Shown: piece by piece, positions 42,187-52,469 of the stretch
How the letters are laid out: each line of letters starts with the position of its first letter
Position numbering within the stretch: the stretch's first letter is position 1
Origin: Gammaproteobacteria bacterium
Lineage (GTDB): Bacteria; Pseudomonadota; Gammaproteobacteria; GCA-002705445; GCA-002716945
Direction: 5' to 3'
Assembly: GCA_965660795.1 (NCBI GenBank)
Contig: CBFIBF010000001.1
Span: forward strand, 30,932-94,931
DNA: 64,000 nt
The notes under the pieces: generated by a model
What the model was told of the DNA's origin: nothing
Database searches by the model: none
What the model saw: the letters and a program-made list of their open reading frames with translations, nothing else
Position numbers and translations under genes: made by a program

Positions 42187-43335
42187 TTAGTTATTCTGAA
42201 CAGCTTGACTAATGTTCTGTTTATTTTCTATTTGAATTCTTATCAAGATTCCAATATATGTAAACATAAGAAGTAAATTCGTACCTCCATAACTTATAAA
42301 TGGTAACCCCATACCTTTGGTAGGAAATAATCCTATATTTACTAAAACATGAATTGTAGTTTGCATAATAATTAAAAGAAAAATAGATAAAATAATATTT
42401 GATGAAAATTGAGATATATTCAACGTTCTTTTATAGAAAGTAAATATTCTTGTAAACAAAATAACATACAAGACTAATAACATTAATAAGAAACTGAAGC
42501 CTAATTCTTCTCCAATTATAGCGAGTATAAAGTCATTATACTGCTCTGGAAGATAAAATAATTTTTGCATACTAGACCCTAGCCCCTGTCCAAAGAGTCC
42601 TCCTGAAGATAGCGCAATTTGAGAGGCAATTATTTGATAGCCACCCCCTTGAGGGTCACTCCATGGATCTATAAATGCAAGTAATCTTTGAATTCTATAA
42701 GGATATAAAAAAATTAATAAAAAAATAGGTATAGCAGTGAAAGCAAGTAATTTGAAAAGGTGGGATATTTTTAAGTTGCTGAGAAAAGCAAACACTATAA
42801 ATGACATAAATAACAATATCATACTGCCGAAATCCCTTTGGGAAACAATTACCATCATTAAAATAGTTAAAAAAATGAATATTTTAAGAGAGTTTTTATT
42901 AAAATCATTTCTAACAATGAAACCAGACAACCAAATAAAAAAGAATAGTCTTGAGATTTCTGATATCTGTAATGTAAATATTCCAAGATTTATCCATCTT
43001 GTTGCGCCATTTACTGTTAAACCGATGCCTGGTATGTGAACTAATAAAGATAGAAAGATTGATAGTAACAGAAAGAACTGTCCATAATCGTAATATAGTT
43101 TCATTTTGATTCTTGATACAAAATACAAGACTATTAAGCCCAACATTATAAAAATTAAATGTTTATTAAAAAAGAAAAGTGGATTAGAAAATTTTCTTGC
43201 TGCAAAATCTGCTGTGGATGAGGTTATCATCACCAAACCAATTAGAAGAAGACTTGTAATACATATTAAAAAGATATTGTCTAGCCCTCTACTGTCAAAG
43301 AAGTCGAAAGTATTTTTTATTTTATTGATTAGCAT
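42187..43335 (-). CDS. ftsW: Peptidoglycan glycosyltransferase FtsW (SEDS family)
   Basis: 382 aa polytopic SEDS protein in the canonical dcw position. Confidence 0.9.
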   Translation of the reverse strand: MLINKIKNTFDFFDSRGLDNIFLICITSLLLIGLVMITSSTADFAARKFSNPLFFFNKHLIFIMLGLIVLYFVSRIKMKLYYDYGQFFLLLSIFLSLLVHIPGIGLTVNGATRWINLGIFTLQISEISRLFFFIWLSGFIVRNDFNKNSLKIFIFLTILMMVIVSQRDFGSMILLFMSFIVFAFLSNLKISHLFKLLAFTAIPIFLLIFLYPYRIQRLLAFIDPWSDPQGGGYQIIASQIALSSGGLFGQGLGSSMQKLFYLPEQYNDFILAIIGEELGFSFLLMLLVLYVILFTRIFTFYKRTLNISQFSSNIILSIFLLIIMQTTIHVLVNIGLFPTKGMGLPFISYGGTNLLLMFTYIGILIRIQIENKQNISQAVQNN

Positions 43336-44599
43336 GTTTCTTAACTAATGATTTAAAATGCTCGCCTCTTTCCATGTAGTCAGAGTAATGATAAAAACTA
43401 GATGTTCCAGGTGACATGAGTACAGTATCACCTGAAACTACATCTGATAAAATATAATATATTGCATCCTCTAGATTTTCTATATAAGACTTTTTAACCT
43501 TTACATCTAAGTCATTAATTAAAGTTTTATTCTCACCAATAATCACAAGAGATTTTACTTTTTCATTAATGATATCTATTAAACTCTCATATGATATTTT
43601 CTTATCATCCCCACCCATAATTAAAATAATATTTTCTTTCACTGAATTAAGAGCATTCAATGTAGAATCTGCGTTTGTAGATTTTGAATCATTGATGAAT
43701 TTTACTCCTTTATATGTACAAATTTCTTCAACTCTATGTTGTAAAAAATTACGCCTTGAAAAGGATTCGATAATTTTAGTTATAGAAAAATTTAGCTTTT
43801 TTAATATTGGTATACACGCACATAAATTTAATGCTTCATGCCTGCCAGTAATAGCATATTTTTCATCTTCAAAAACTATCATATTATCTTCATTGATAAA
43901 TAGATTATCTAATGCAGTATTATCTATTAAAAATTTATTTTTTTTAATTTCAAATGTCTGGCAATGATAATATTTTTTTAGCTTGCTATTTATAATCTGA
44001 AATTTTGAATTATTAAAAATTCTCAATTTCAAATTTATATAATTAGTTAAAGATTTATGCCTATCAATATGATCCATTGATATGTTTAGAACTATAGAAA
44101 TAAATGATTTTAATTTATTTATATACTCTAGCTGGTAACTTGATATCTCAAGAATGACATATTCATATGATTTTTCTAGAGAGTCAAACACTGATACCCC
44201 ATTATTGCCACATGCTATAGCGCTTATATCATTGTCATTCAAAATATCAGCTAACAAGTTTACAGTAGAGGTTTTACCATTAGTTCCAGTAACACATATA
44301 AATTTCGATGATGATAGTTTTTGAAGAATCTCTATGTCAGTAATTATTTTTGACTTTATAGTAAATAGACGTCTAACAATCGGATTTGAAGAGGAAATTC
44401 CTGGACTTATTACAATATAGTCAATATTTTTTAAATTAATTTCACCATGCTTTAAAATAATAATATTTTCTTTTATTTCTAAAATATCCTCTGTTACTAA
44501 TGAGGAATAAGTTACATCATTTTTTTTAAAAAATTCACTGCAATGTCTAAATGTTGTTCCTTTTCCTAATATTAAAAAAGAGGATTGAAAAATATTCAT
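43322..44599 (-). CDS. murD: UDP-N-acetylmuramoylalanine--D-glutamate ligase
   Basis: 425 aa Mur ligase with VTGTNGKTST. Confidence 0.9.
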   Translation of the reverse strand: MNIFQSSFLILGKGTTFRHCSEFFKKNDVTYSSLVTEDILEIKENIIILKHGEINLKNIDYIVISPGISSSNPIVRRLFTIKSKIITDIEILQKLSSSKFICVTGTNGKTSTVNLLADILNDNDISAIACGNNGVSVFDSLEKSYEYVILEISSYQLEYINKLKSFISIVLNISMDHIDRHKSLTNYINLKLRIFNNSKFQIINSKLKKYYHCQTFEIKKNKFLIDNTALDNLFINEDNMIVFEDEKYAITGRHEALNLCACIPILKKLNFSITKIIESFSRRNFLQHRVEEICTYKGVKFINDSKSTNADSTLNALNSVKENIILIMGGDDKKISYESLIDIINEKVKSLVIIGENKTLINDLDVKVKKSYIENLEDAIYYILSDVVSGDTVLMSPGTSSFYHYSDYMERGEHFKSLVKKHANQ

Positions 44600-45681
44600 C
44601 TAATCTTCAAAGTAGATAATGCGATGAGAACGAGAACGAATGTAATTATCCAAAATCTCATAATGATTTTAGGCTCTGACAAGCCTGAGAGCTCATAATG
44701 ATGATGAAGAGGAGCCATCTTAAAGATTCTTTTTCCATTTCGTAATTTATATGATGATACTTGAAGGATTACCGACAAAACTTCTGCAATAAAAATTCCG
44801 CTCATGATCGCAAATGCAAGTTCCTGTTTTAAGATAATAGCTAATAAGCCTAGAGAGCTGCCAAGTGATAAAGACCCACAATCGCCCATAAATATCTCGG
44901 CAGGATATGAATTAAACCAAAGGAAACCGAGACCAGCTCCGACTAATGAAGCTGAAAATATTGCTAATTCTCCAGAACCCTGAATATAAGGTATCAATAA
45001 ATATTCAGATATATTTACATTTCCATGAACATAAGAAAAAATAACAAACGCAGATGCGATTAGTATACAGGGTAAAATAGCAAGTCCGTCTAGGCCATCT
45101 GTCAGATTGACAGCATTTGATGAACCTACCAAAATAAATATAGACCAAGGTATAAATAAAATACCAAGTTGAAAGCTATTATCTTTTAAAAAAGGCATCA
45201 CAGAACTAATTTGACCAGTATCCATGTATATGAATAAGTAAATAGTAATCAGTGATGCAGAAATTATTTGAAATAAAAGTTTAAATCTTCCTTTAATGCC
45301 ATCGCTGTTTTTTTTTATTAGTTTCTTATAATCATCATAGAAGCCTATTAGTCCAAAACTTAAAATCCCAAATAGAAGTATAAGAACATATTGATTCCCT
45401 AAATCAGACCAAAGTATAGTCGAGATAACAACGCTAAATATTATTATAATACCTCCCATAGTAGGAGTTGTATTCTTATCACTGAGGTGACTTTGTGGGC
45501 CATCCTCTCTTATAGACTGATAAAATTGTTTACTTCTTAAAAAAGAAATAATATACGGACCAAGGATTAATGAGATGAGAAGTGATGTCAATGCACCCAT
45601 TACAATTCTGAGTGTCAGATATTGAAATACATTAAAACCTGAATTGAATTGAGATAGATATTCGAAAAAATTTAGAAGCAT
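44596..45681 (-). CDS. mraY: Phospho-N-acetylmuramoyl-pentapeptide transferase
   Basis: 361 aa polytopic protein with MraY motifs (NAVNLTDGLDGLA). Confidence 0.95.
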   Translation of the reverse strand: MLLNFFEYLSQFNSGFNVFQYLTLRIVMGALTSLLISLILGPYIISFLRSKQFYQSIREDGPQSHLSDKNTTPTMGGIIIIFSVVISTILWSDLGNQYVLILLFGILSFGLIGFYDDYKKLIKKNSDGIKGRFKLLFQIISASLITIYLFIYMDTGQISSVMPFLKDNSFQLGILFIPWSIFILVGSSNAVNLTDGLDGLAILPCILIASAFVIFSYVHGNVNISEYLLIPYIQGSGELAIFSASLVGAGLGFLWFNSYPAEIFMGDCGSLSLGSSLGLLAIILKQELAFAIMSGIFIAEVLSVILQVSSYKLRNGKRIFKMAPLHHHYELSGLSEPKIIMRFWIITFVLVLIALSTLKIR

Positions 45682-45684
45682 TGT

Positions 45685-47019
45685 CTATTTCAAACCTTCA
45701 GCTATTAAATCAAAACTCATAAATCTTGATGCTTTAATCAAAATTACACTATCACTATTAGATAACTGTTTTGCATGATTTATTAAATCACTCATATCAC
45801 TATAAGTATAACAGCGTTTTCCAAATATTGACTTAGCTTCAGATTTATAATTGCCCATGTATAGTAAATATTTTATACCTGAATCCTTTGCAAAACGAAA
45901 AATTTCTATATGATGCTCAAGAGCTGCATCACCTAGTTCTCCCATATCTCCCATAATAAATATTTTATCTTTATTAAAAATCTCAAGTTGCTTAATAGAC
46001 GATTTCATCGACATAGGATTCGCATTATAAGAATCATCAATTACAGTGGATTTATTTTTTGATATAAATTTGTAAAACCTACCTTTTACTCCTTTAAATG
46101 ATTGCAAGCCATTTTGAACATCCTTGATATTTGCTCCAGCTTCCATTGCTAATGAAACGCTAAACAACATATTGATAGGGAGATGGCCAGTAGTATATTT
46201 TTTATCAATACTGAAATCTCCTTTAACTGTAGTGAAATAAAAATCCGTCTCATTATTATATTTGATCATATAGTCCGCATTCTCTTTAGCTGAAATTGTG
46301 GTAATTTTTTTATCATTATTGAGTCTAGCCCACTTAGAATAATATAAGTCATCTTTATTTAAGATTACTTGATTGGTTCTTGGATGAGAAAAAATTTCCT
46401 CTTTTGTAGAAATAAGATTTTCTATATTTCCAAAAGATTGCATATGAGCTTCAGAAACATTTAATAATGTCGTCATATCAGGCTCGCATATATTAACTAG
46501 TTGAGAAATATCATTTTTTTTACTTGCTCCTAACTCATAAACACATTTATCAGTTTCGTTATTAAATGCCTTAAAAATTGATAATGGCAATCCAATATCA
46601 TTATTAAAATTTCCAATGGTAGTGCTAACATTGAATGATTGTTTTAATATTTCGGCAGTAAGCTTTGTTACTGATGTTTTTCCATTTGTGCCAGTAACTC
46701 CAATTGTAAATGGTTGCCCCATAGTTTTTTTTAGGTTGCATGCAATTACACCCAATGCGTCAATAGTATCATCACAAATAATATGAGGTATGTTGCGGCA
46801 CTCTTTTATTGCTGATTTATTGCAAACAATTGCTGATGCGCCATTTTTTATTGATTCATCTATAAAATCATGCCCGTCAAAATTATCTCCCTTAATAGCA
46901 ATGAATAGATCACCTTTTTTAACATCTCTGCTATCAATACTAATGTTATTAATAAAAGCATCTTCTCCATATAAACTTGAAGATAGAAATTTTGATATAT
47001 TTGTCAATTTAACTTCCAT
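45685..47019 (-). CDS. murF: UDP-N-acetylmuramoyl-tripeptide--D-alanyl-D-alanine ligase
   Basis: 444 aa Mur ligase (GVTGTNGKTSVT). Confidence 0.9.
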   Translation of the reverse strand: MEVKLTNISKFLSSSLYGEDAFINNISIDSRDVKKGDLFIAIKGDNFDGHDFIDESIKNGASAIVCNKSAIKECRNIPHIICDDTIDALGVIACNLKKTMGQPFTIGVTGTNGKTSVTKLTAEILKQSFNVSTTIGNFNNDIGLPLSIFKAFNNETDKCVYELGASKKNDISQLVNICEPDMTTLLNVSEAHMQSFGNIENLISTKEEIFSHPRTNQVILNKDDLYYSKWARLNNDKKITTISAKENADYMIKYNNETDFYFTTVKGDFSIDKKYTTGHLPINMLFSVSLAMEAGANIKDVQNGLQSFKGVKGRFYKFISKNKSTVIDDSYNANPMSMKSSIKQLEIFNKDKIFIMGDMGELGDAALEHHIEIFRFAKDSGIKYLLYMGNYKSEAKSIFGKRCYTYSDMSDLINHAKQLSNSDSVILIKASRFMSFDLIAEGLK

Positions 47020-48430
47020 TCTTACTTATTAGACCCTCTAAATAATCAATATCATTATGCTTTATTTTTCTGTTATTTTTTAGAATAAAGTTTTCATTAC
47101 CTTTACCTAGTATGAAATTTAATTCATTTTTGGTTGAGGTTTCAAAAAGATATTTTATTGCTTTTTTCCTGTTTTCAATAACCCTGACTTTATTTTTATG
47201 TACGATGCCAGAAATAATATCTTTTTTGATAACAGAAAATTTTTCGGTTCTAGAGTTATCTTCTGTCATTATTATTTCTGATGAGAATTTATCAACAATC
47301 TTTGCAGTTAACTTTCTTTTAGAAGTATCTCTGTCACCGCCACATCCAAATAAAGTACGAACTTTTTTATTTTTACAAAAATCATAAAATATATTTTTAT
47401 AAGCTTGTTCAGTATGTGCATAATCTATTAAAAATATACCATTATGTTTTGTAGATATAATATGTCTTCTACCTTTTAATGGTTTCAATCTGGATATAGA
47501 TTCTAATATTTCATCAATATTGAATTTCTCTAGCTTCATTAACGCGATTATTAATTTTATCGAATACTTATTGAAAGGATTCATTTTTGTTTTATGAAAT
47601 GATCCTAAGATATCTGTGTCTATAAAATTTTTTTTGTTTATTTTATTTTTTGAGATGTAATACTTTTGTTTACATTTATATTGGGAATTATCAATTTTTT
47701 TTAAATTTATACAATCATGATTCAATACTACTTTTATGCTCTGATTAATTATATTTAACTTTGAATGAATGTAATTCCTAAGAGTTTTATGATAATCAAT
47801 ATGGTCTTTTTCAATATTTGTTATTACTGAATAATCAAAATTTATACCATCTAACCTCCCTTGATGTAATCCTTGTGATGAACACTCAATGATAATGTAA
47901 TCGCATTTCTTCAGTGAAAAATTAATTATATTTTTATAAATTATATCAATTGGTGGTGTTGTATAATTATTTTGTAAAGTATTAGGGTATATGCCGATAC
48001 CCTCACTTGAAATTAATCCTACTTTTTTATTCTGTATTGTTAGTGAATCTGCAAGTAGTAATGACGTAGAAGTCTTTCCATTAGTTCCAGTAACTCCAAT
48101 AAGGCAAGGTAATTGCTTAATCTTCAATAAATCATATTTAAATAACTTACTATATGTACTGAAGATATCTTTTGATACCAAATAAGGAACCGATTTATTA
48201 AGAGTTTTGCGTGAGTAAATAAATGGAGTAATAAATCCGCTTGCGCCTTTTTCTATAGCATCTTTTATATTAGAAAAATTTTTTTTGGTGTTTTTCTCAA
48301 GTGATATAAATACTTGATTCTCTCTTAAATACTTAGAATTAATACAAAATCTATTTGATAAATACTTGTCATACCTTGTATTGCATAAGATAAATTTTTT
48401 ATATTGTTTTAATTTATCTTGAGCCTGCAT
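47009..48430 (-). CDS. murE: UDP-N-acetylmuramoyl-L-alanyl-D-glutamate--2,6-diaminopimelate ligase
   Basis: 473 aa Mur ligase (GVTGTNGKTST, GCGGDRD). Confidence 0.9.
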   Translation of the reverse strand: MQAQDKLKQYKKFILCNTRYDKYLSNRFCINSKYLRENQVFISLEKNTKKNFSNIKDAIEKGASGFITPFIYSRKTLNKSVPYLVSKDIFSTYSKLFKYDLLKIKQLPCLIGVTGTNGKTSTSLLLADSLTIQNKKVGLISSEGIGIYPNTLQNNYTTPPIDIIYKNIINFSLKKCDYIIIECSSQGLHQGRLDGINFDYSVITNIEKDHIDYHKTLRNYIHSKLNIINQSIKVVLNHDCINLKKIDNSQYKCKQKYYISKNKINKKNFIDTDILGSFHKTKMNPFNKYSIKLIIALMKLEKFNIDEILESISRLKPLKGRRHIISTKHNGIFLIDYAHTEQAYKNIFYDFCKNKKVRTLFGCGGDRDTSKRKLTAKIVDKFSSEIIMTEDNSRTEKFSVIKKDIISGIVHKNKVRVIENRKKAIKYLFETSTKNELNFILGKGNENFILKNNRKIKHNDIDYLEGLISKNGS

Positions 48431-50135
48431 ATTCTATATTGCTATCAATTCTCATGATATGTTGCATGAATTCACCAAAAACTGGCGCAGCATGATAACC
48501 GCCTGAGCCTTGTCTATCTTTTGGTTCTCTTATAATTACAGCTGCAACATATTTAGGTATAGGATCTCCGACGATGCCAACAAATAATGCATTGTGATTA
48601 TTGGTATTATATTTTCCATTTTTTAGTAGTCTTACTGTACCTGTTTTACCATATGTCGTATATCCATTAACTTTAGCTTTTTTTCCTGTTCCATCATCTG
48701 AGTGAACTACTTGCTTCATCATATTAAGAACGATTGATGTTTTCTTGCTATCTAACAACTGATGATCCTTCTCAAAGTGTAATTCGTTACTATTGATATA
48801 CTTTAATTGAGTATAATGCCCCTCATTAGCCAATATTGTATACGCGTTCACTAAATGCATTAATGATACAGATATACCATACCCATAACCAATACTGTGA
48901 TGTTCTGATTCGGATATTTCATTAGTTGTTGGTAACTTTCCATTTCTAGATCCTGGAAGGTCTATATATAGTGAATGTCCAAATCCAAATTTCTCAAGAT
49001 TACTGATTAGTTGTTTCTTTGATAGCATTGTTGATACTCTAGCCGCACCAATGTTGCTCGAGTACTTAATGATATCACCTGATGAAACTTTCCCTAAAAA
49101 TTTCCAATCCTTAATTTCTTTATCATCAAGCTTTATGATTCCTGGGGCAGTATCAATGATCGTATCATGATTAATCAGACTATGATGAAGTCCAGCATAA
49201 ATTATAAAGGGTTTTATGGTTGATCCTGGCTCTATCAAATCATGAATAATTCTGTTCTTGATTTTTTCACCTGAATAACTTGTTCTTGTTTCTGGATCAA
49301 AAGAAGGATAATTTGCCATTGACAAAATATTACCAGTAGCTGTCTCAACAAGAACAATAGATGCGCTGTCTGCCTCAAACTTCTTTACATATTTCTTCAA
49401 AACATCATATGCAATAATTTGTATTTGCTTATCAAGCGTAAGTGTTACGTCTAATCCAGCCTTAGATTTCTTTATGATTTCTAGCGTTTCAATTGCTCGA
49501 CCGATATTATCTTTTTTTATTTTTTTAATTCCATCTGAAGGTTTTAAGACTTTGTTTTTGGCAAGCTCAATTCCTTCTTGTCCTACATCATCAACATTAG
49601 TAAATCCTAAAACATTAGAAAATGCTTCACCTCCTAAATAAGACCTTTTACTCTCATTGATGAAATAAATATAAGAATTTTTATATTTTTCAATCTTTGT
49701 AAACTCTAATTTTGAAATATGTCTTTTTAAATAATATTCCTTTTTATCTTTATTTCTATATATTGCTTTGCTGATTTTCTGGTAAGGAATATCAATAATT
49801 TCTGAAATTTTTTTTAAATCATCTTTATATTCTGATGTATAAAGCTTGCTTGGATTAATACATAAAGTTTTTGAGGGCAATGACATTGCTAATATATTTT
49901 TATTTCTATCAAATATAATTCCGCGCTGCTCTTTAGTTATTATATTTTGTATCTGTCTTTTTTTCCCCTCATTGATTATATTTTGCTTGCAGGTACTTTC
50001 ATTGAAATAAAAGCAATCCGTGCCTTTGATTTGGATGAAATATAATCTAATAATAATTATTAGAAGTGTAATGGAGGCTATTATTACGAATAATAATAGT
50101 CTCCATTTTTCATTTTTTACTTTACTATCAATCAG
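48414..50135 (-). CDS. ftsI: Peptidoglycan D,D-transpeptidase FtsI (PBP3). The true start is unresolved: the track ORF starts at the first ATG (49886), but the transmembrane N-terminus lies upstream.
   Basis: The 490-aa track ORF has PBP dimerisation and transpeptidase motifs (STIKP, SSN, KTGT). The same frame stays open upstream to 50144 and encodes ...KWRLLLFVIIASITLLIIIIRLYFIQIKGTD...QRGIIFDRNKNILAMSLP. That is the canonical FtsI cytoplasmic, transmembrane and pre-PBP segment, but it has no in-frame ATG, GTG or TTG. Candidate starts are CTG at 50135 or ATT at 50132. Alternatively ATG at 50113 is one base out of frame at an A-run. Confidence 0.75.
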   Translation of the reverse strand: MIDSKVKNEKWRLLLFVIIASITLLIIIIRLYFIQIKGTDCFYFNESTCKQNIINEGKKRQIQNIITKEQRGIIFDRNKNILAMSLPSKTLCINPSKLYTSEYKDDLKKISEIIDIPYQKISKAIYRNKDKKEYYLKRHISKLEFTKIEKYKNSYIYFINESKRSYLGGEAFSNVLGFTNVDDVGQEGIELAKNKVLKPSDGIKKIKKDNIGRAIETLEIIKKSKAGLDVTLTLDKQIQIIAYDVLKKYVKKFEADSASIVLVETATGNILSMANYPSFDPETRTSYSGEKIKNRIIHDLIEPGSTIKPFIIYAGLHHSLINHDTIIDTAPGIIKLDDKEIKDWKFLGKVSSGDIIKYSSNIGAARVSTMLSKKQLISNLEKFGFGHSLYIDLPGSRNGKLPTTNEISESEHHSIGYGYGISVSLMHLVNAYTILANEGHYTQLKYINSNELHFEKDHQLLDSKKTSIVLNMMKQVVHSDDGTGKKAKVNGYTTYGKTGTVRLLKNGKYNTNNHNALFVGIVGDPIPKYVAAVIIREPKDRQGSGGYHAAPVFGEFMQHIMRIDSNIEYAGSR

Positions 50136-51261
50136 CTTGTTGTCTTAGAAATGCTGGTATGTCTATTGAAGTTTGATCTTCTTGTCCAGATAGATCTACA
50201 TGCTCAATATTATTATTGGAGTTTTGAAAGCTTTTAACACTGTTCATGTTTTCTTTAGGTTGTTCTTCTAAAGAAGGTTCAGTAGTTACAACATCTGCTA
50301 CATTGTTTTGTACAAAACCTGTTGCAATTATAGTAACTCTCAAGTCTCCTATATTATCATCTTCTTTAATACAGCCGGTGATAATCTTTGCGTCTTCATG
50401 TGCAATTTCTCTGATTTTATTTCCAATAACTTCAAATTCATCTGTAGTCAAATCTGAACCAGATGTAATGTTAACAAGAACGCCGCTTGCGCCTTTAAGG
50501 CTTATATTATCAAGTAAAGGGCTGCTAAGTGCTGTAGTAACAGCTTCCTCAGCTCTATTTTCACCAGATGAAACACCAGAGCCCATCATTGCCTTGCCCA
50601 TTCCTGACATTACGGTTTTAACATCTGCAAAATCAACATTCATAAAACCTCTAATAGTTATAATTTCTGTTATCCCTTTGACAGCACCTCTTAGCACGTC
50701 ATTAGCGTTTTCAAATGATGAAAATATGGATTCTCCTCCGCCATATACCTCTTTAAGTTTTGAATTTGGTATTACAATGAGTGAATCCACCCATTGTTCT
50801 AGATTATCTATGCCTTCTTGTGCATTTGCCATTCTCTCTGGACCCTCAAAATCGAATGGTTTTGTCACTACAGCAACTGTCAGTATACCTAAATCCCTAG
50901 CAATCTGGGCAATAACTGGTGCTGCGCCTGTGCCTGTTCCACCACCCATACCAGCGGCTATGAAAAGCATATCTGCTCCTTCAATTGACTCTTTTAGAGT
51001 TTCGCTTGCTTCAAGTGCTGCTTGTCTGCCTTTTTCAGGATCTGCGCCAGCTCCTAATCCTTTAGTTATTTCAGAGCCTATCTGAACCGTGACTGCGCCG
51101 TCTATATCCCTTAGGGCTTGTACATCAGTATTTGCAATTAAAAAATCTGCCCCATGAATTTGAGACTTAAGCATCGACATAATAGCGTTACCACCGCCAC
51201 CGCCTACACCAATAACTTTGATAACCGCATTTTGATTATAATTATTTACTATTTCAAACAT
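50128..51261 (-). CDS. ftsZ: Cell division GTPase FtsZ
   Basis: 377 aa with the GGGTGTG tubulin signature and the conserved C-terminal peptide DIPAFLRQQAD. Confidence 0.97.
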   Translation of the reverse strand: MFEIVNNYNQNAVIKVIGVGGGGGNAIMSMLKSQIHGADFLIANTDVQALRDIDGAVTVQIGSEITKGLGAGADPEKGRQAALEASETLKESIEGADMLFIAAGMGGGTGTGAAPVIAQIARDLGILTVAVVTKPFDFEGPERMANAQEGIDNLEQWVDSLIVIPNSKLKEVYGGGESIFSSFENANDVLRGAVKGITEIITIRGFMNVDFADVKTVMSGMGKAMMGSGVSSGENRAEEAVTTALSSPLLDNISLKGASGVLVNITSGSDLTTDEFEVIGNKIREIAHEDAKIITGCIKEDDNIGDLRVTIIATGFVQNNVADVVTTEPSLEEQPKENMNSVKSFQNSNNNIEHVDLSGQEDQTSIDIPAFLRQQAD

Positions 51262-51270
51262 GGTGTCCTC

Positions 51271-51540
51271 CTATTGATCCATATTCATGATTAAAATTCT
51301 TTCTTTATTTGGCAGCTGCATATTAAGAGCCTTACCTAGACTATTTTTCTGTAAAACTTTATCTGTAATGTCAGCTTTATCTTTTAGCAACTGTCGATAT
51401 GATTCAGATAAATAATAATGTTTCTTTTCGTTTTCAGATATTTCAATGTTCAAGATTCTATTTTGATATTTTATAAAAATCACTCCAAAAGCTGAAATGG
51501 TTATAAGTAAAATTAAAACAAAAGAAGCTGTCAAATTCAT
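51271..51540 (-). CDS. ftsL: Cell division protein FtsL
   Basis: 89 aa with a single transmembrane helix plus coiled coil, sited between rsmH and the downstream division genes. Confidence 0.75.
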   Translation of the reverse strand: MNLTASFVLILLITISAFGVIFIKYQNRILNIEISENEKKHYYLSESYRQLLKDKADITDKVLQKNSLGKALNMQLPNKERILIMNMDQ

Positions 51541-52469
51541 ATTGATTTCTCCAATACATTTATTTTTGCTGATCTTGATCTTATATTTTCTATGACTTCA
51601 CTTTGAGATGGTTTAATTTTTTTTATTAAGTTAAATAACTTTTTAAGAAATTCATTTTTTATAGGTATTTTTCTAGGTGTAGATAAATTATGATCGGTCA
51701 ATATCATAAAATCTTTTATAACTCGTTCTTCTAGTGAATGATAAGTTATAAGAACTAATCTACCTTTAGGAGCTAGTATGCTGTATGATTTTTCTAAGAT
51801 ACTTTTGAGAACATCTAGTTCCTTATTGACAAAGATTCTCAAAGCTTGAAAAGATCTGGTTGCATTATGTTTATTCTTATCATTAACTAAAACAGATTTG
51901 TTGATTATATTCACTAGCTCGAGAGTACTATTAATTGGGCTCAATGCTCTATGTTTGATTATGTTTTTAGCAATTCTTTTTGAGAATTTTTCCTGCCCAT
52001 ATACTCTTAAGATGCTCTCAATATCTTTTTCTGGTAACTCATTTATATATTCTGAGGCTTTTTTGCCATAATTTTGATTGAATCTCATATCTAAAGGCGC
52101 ATCTTTATTGAAACTAAACCCTCTGTCTGCATCATCTAAGTGGACAGAAGAAACACCAAGATCGAACAAAATACCGTTAACTGATCCATATACATTCCAT
52201 GTCCTAGCATATTCATCAAGAGAAGAGAAACATCCATGTTTTAGGGTAAACCTATTCTCTTGCGCAAATTGTTTTTTATTATAATCAATAGCATCCTTGT
52301 CTTTATCAACCGCAAAAATCTTTGCGTCCTGATTAGTATTCTCTAATATTGAAATTGAGTGGCCGCCATATCCAAGAGTAGCATCTATATATACTCCACT
52401 CTTATCGGTTATCAGATGCTTAATTGCTTCATTCTTCATTACTGGTATATGGAACTGAGTATTATTCAT
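51537..52469 (-). CDS. rsmH: 16S rRNA (cytosine1402-N4)-methyltransferase RsmH (MraW)
   Basis: 310 aa with a SAM motif (YIDATLGYGGHS) and conserved RsmH regions. Confidence 0.93.
   Translation of the reverse strand: MNNTQFHIPVMKNEAIKHLITDKSGVYIDATLGYGGHSISILENTNQDAKIFAVDKDKDAIDYNKKQFAQENRFTLKHGCFSSLDEYARTWNVYGSVNGILFDLGVSSVHLDDADRGFSFNKDAPLDMRFNQNYGKKASEYINELPEKDIESILRVYGQEKFSKRIAKNIIKHRALSPINSTLELVNIINKSVLVNDKNKHNATRSFQALRIFVNKELDVLKSILEKSYSILAPKGRLVLITYHSLEERVIKDFMILTDHNLSTPRKIPIKNEFLKKLFNLIKKIKPSQSEVIENIRSRSAKINVLEKSI

Noticed and set aside
50246-51085. A 279-aa plus-strand ORF antisense to ftsZ.
   Set aside because: It lies entirely inside the unambiguous ftsZ gene. Its Ser/Pro/Ala-rich, low-complexity translation is the typical antisense shadow of a GC-richer, Gly/Ala-rich coding region.
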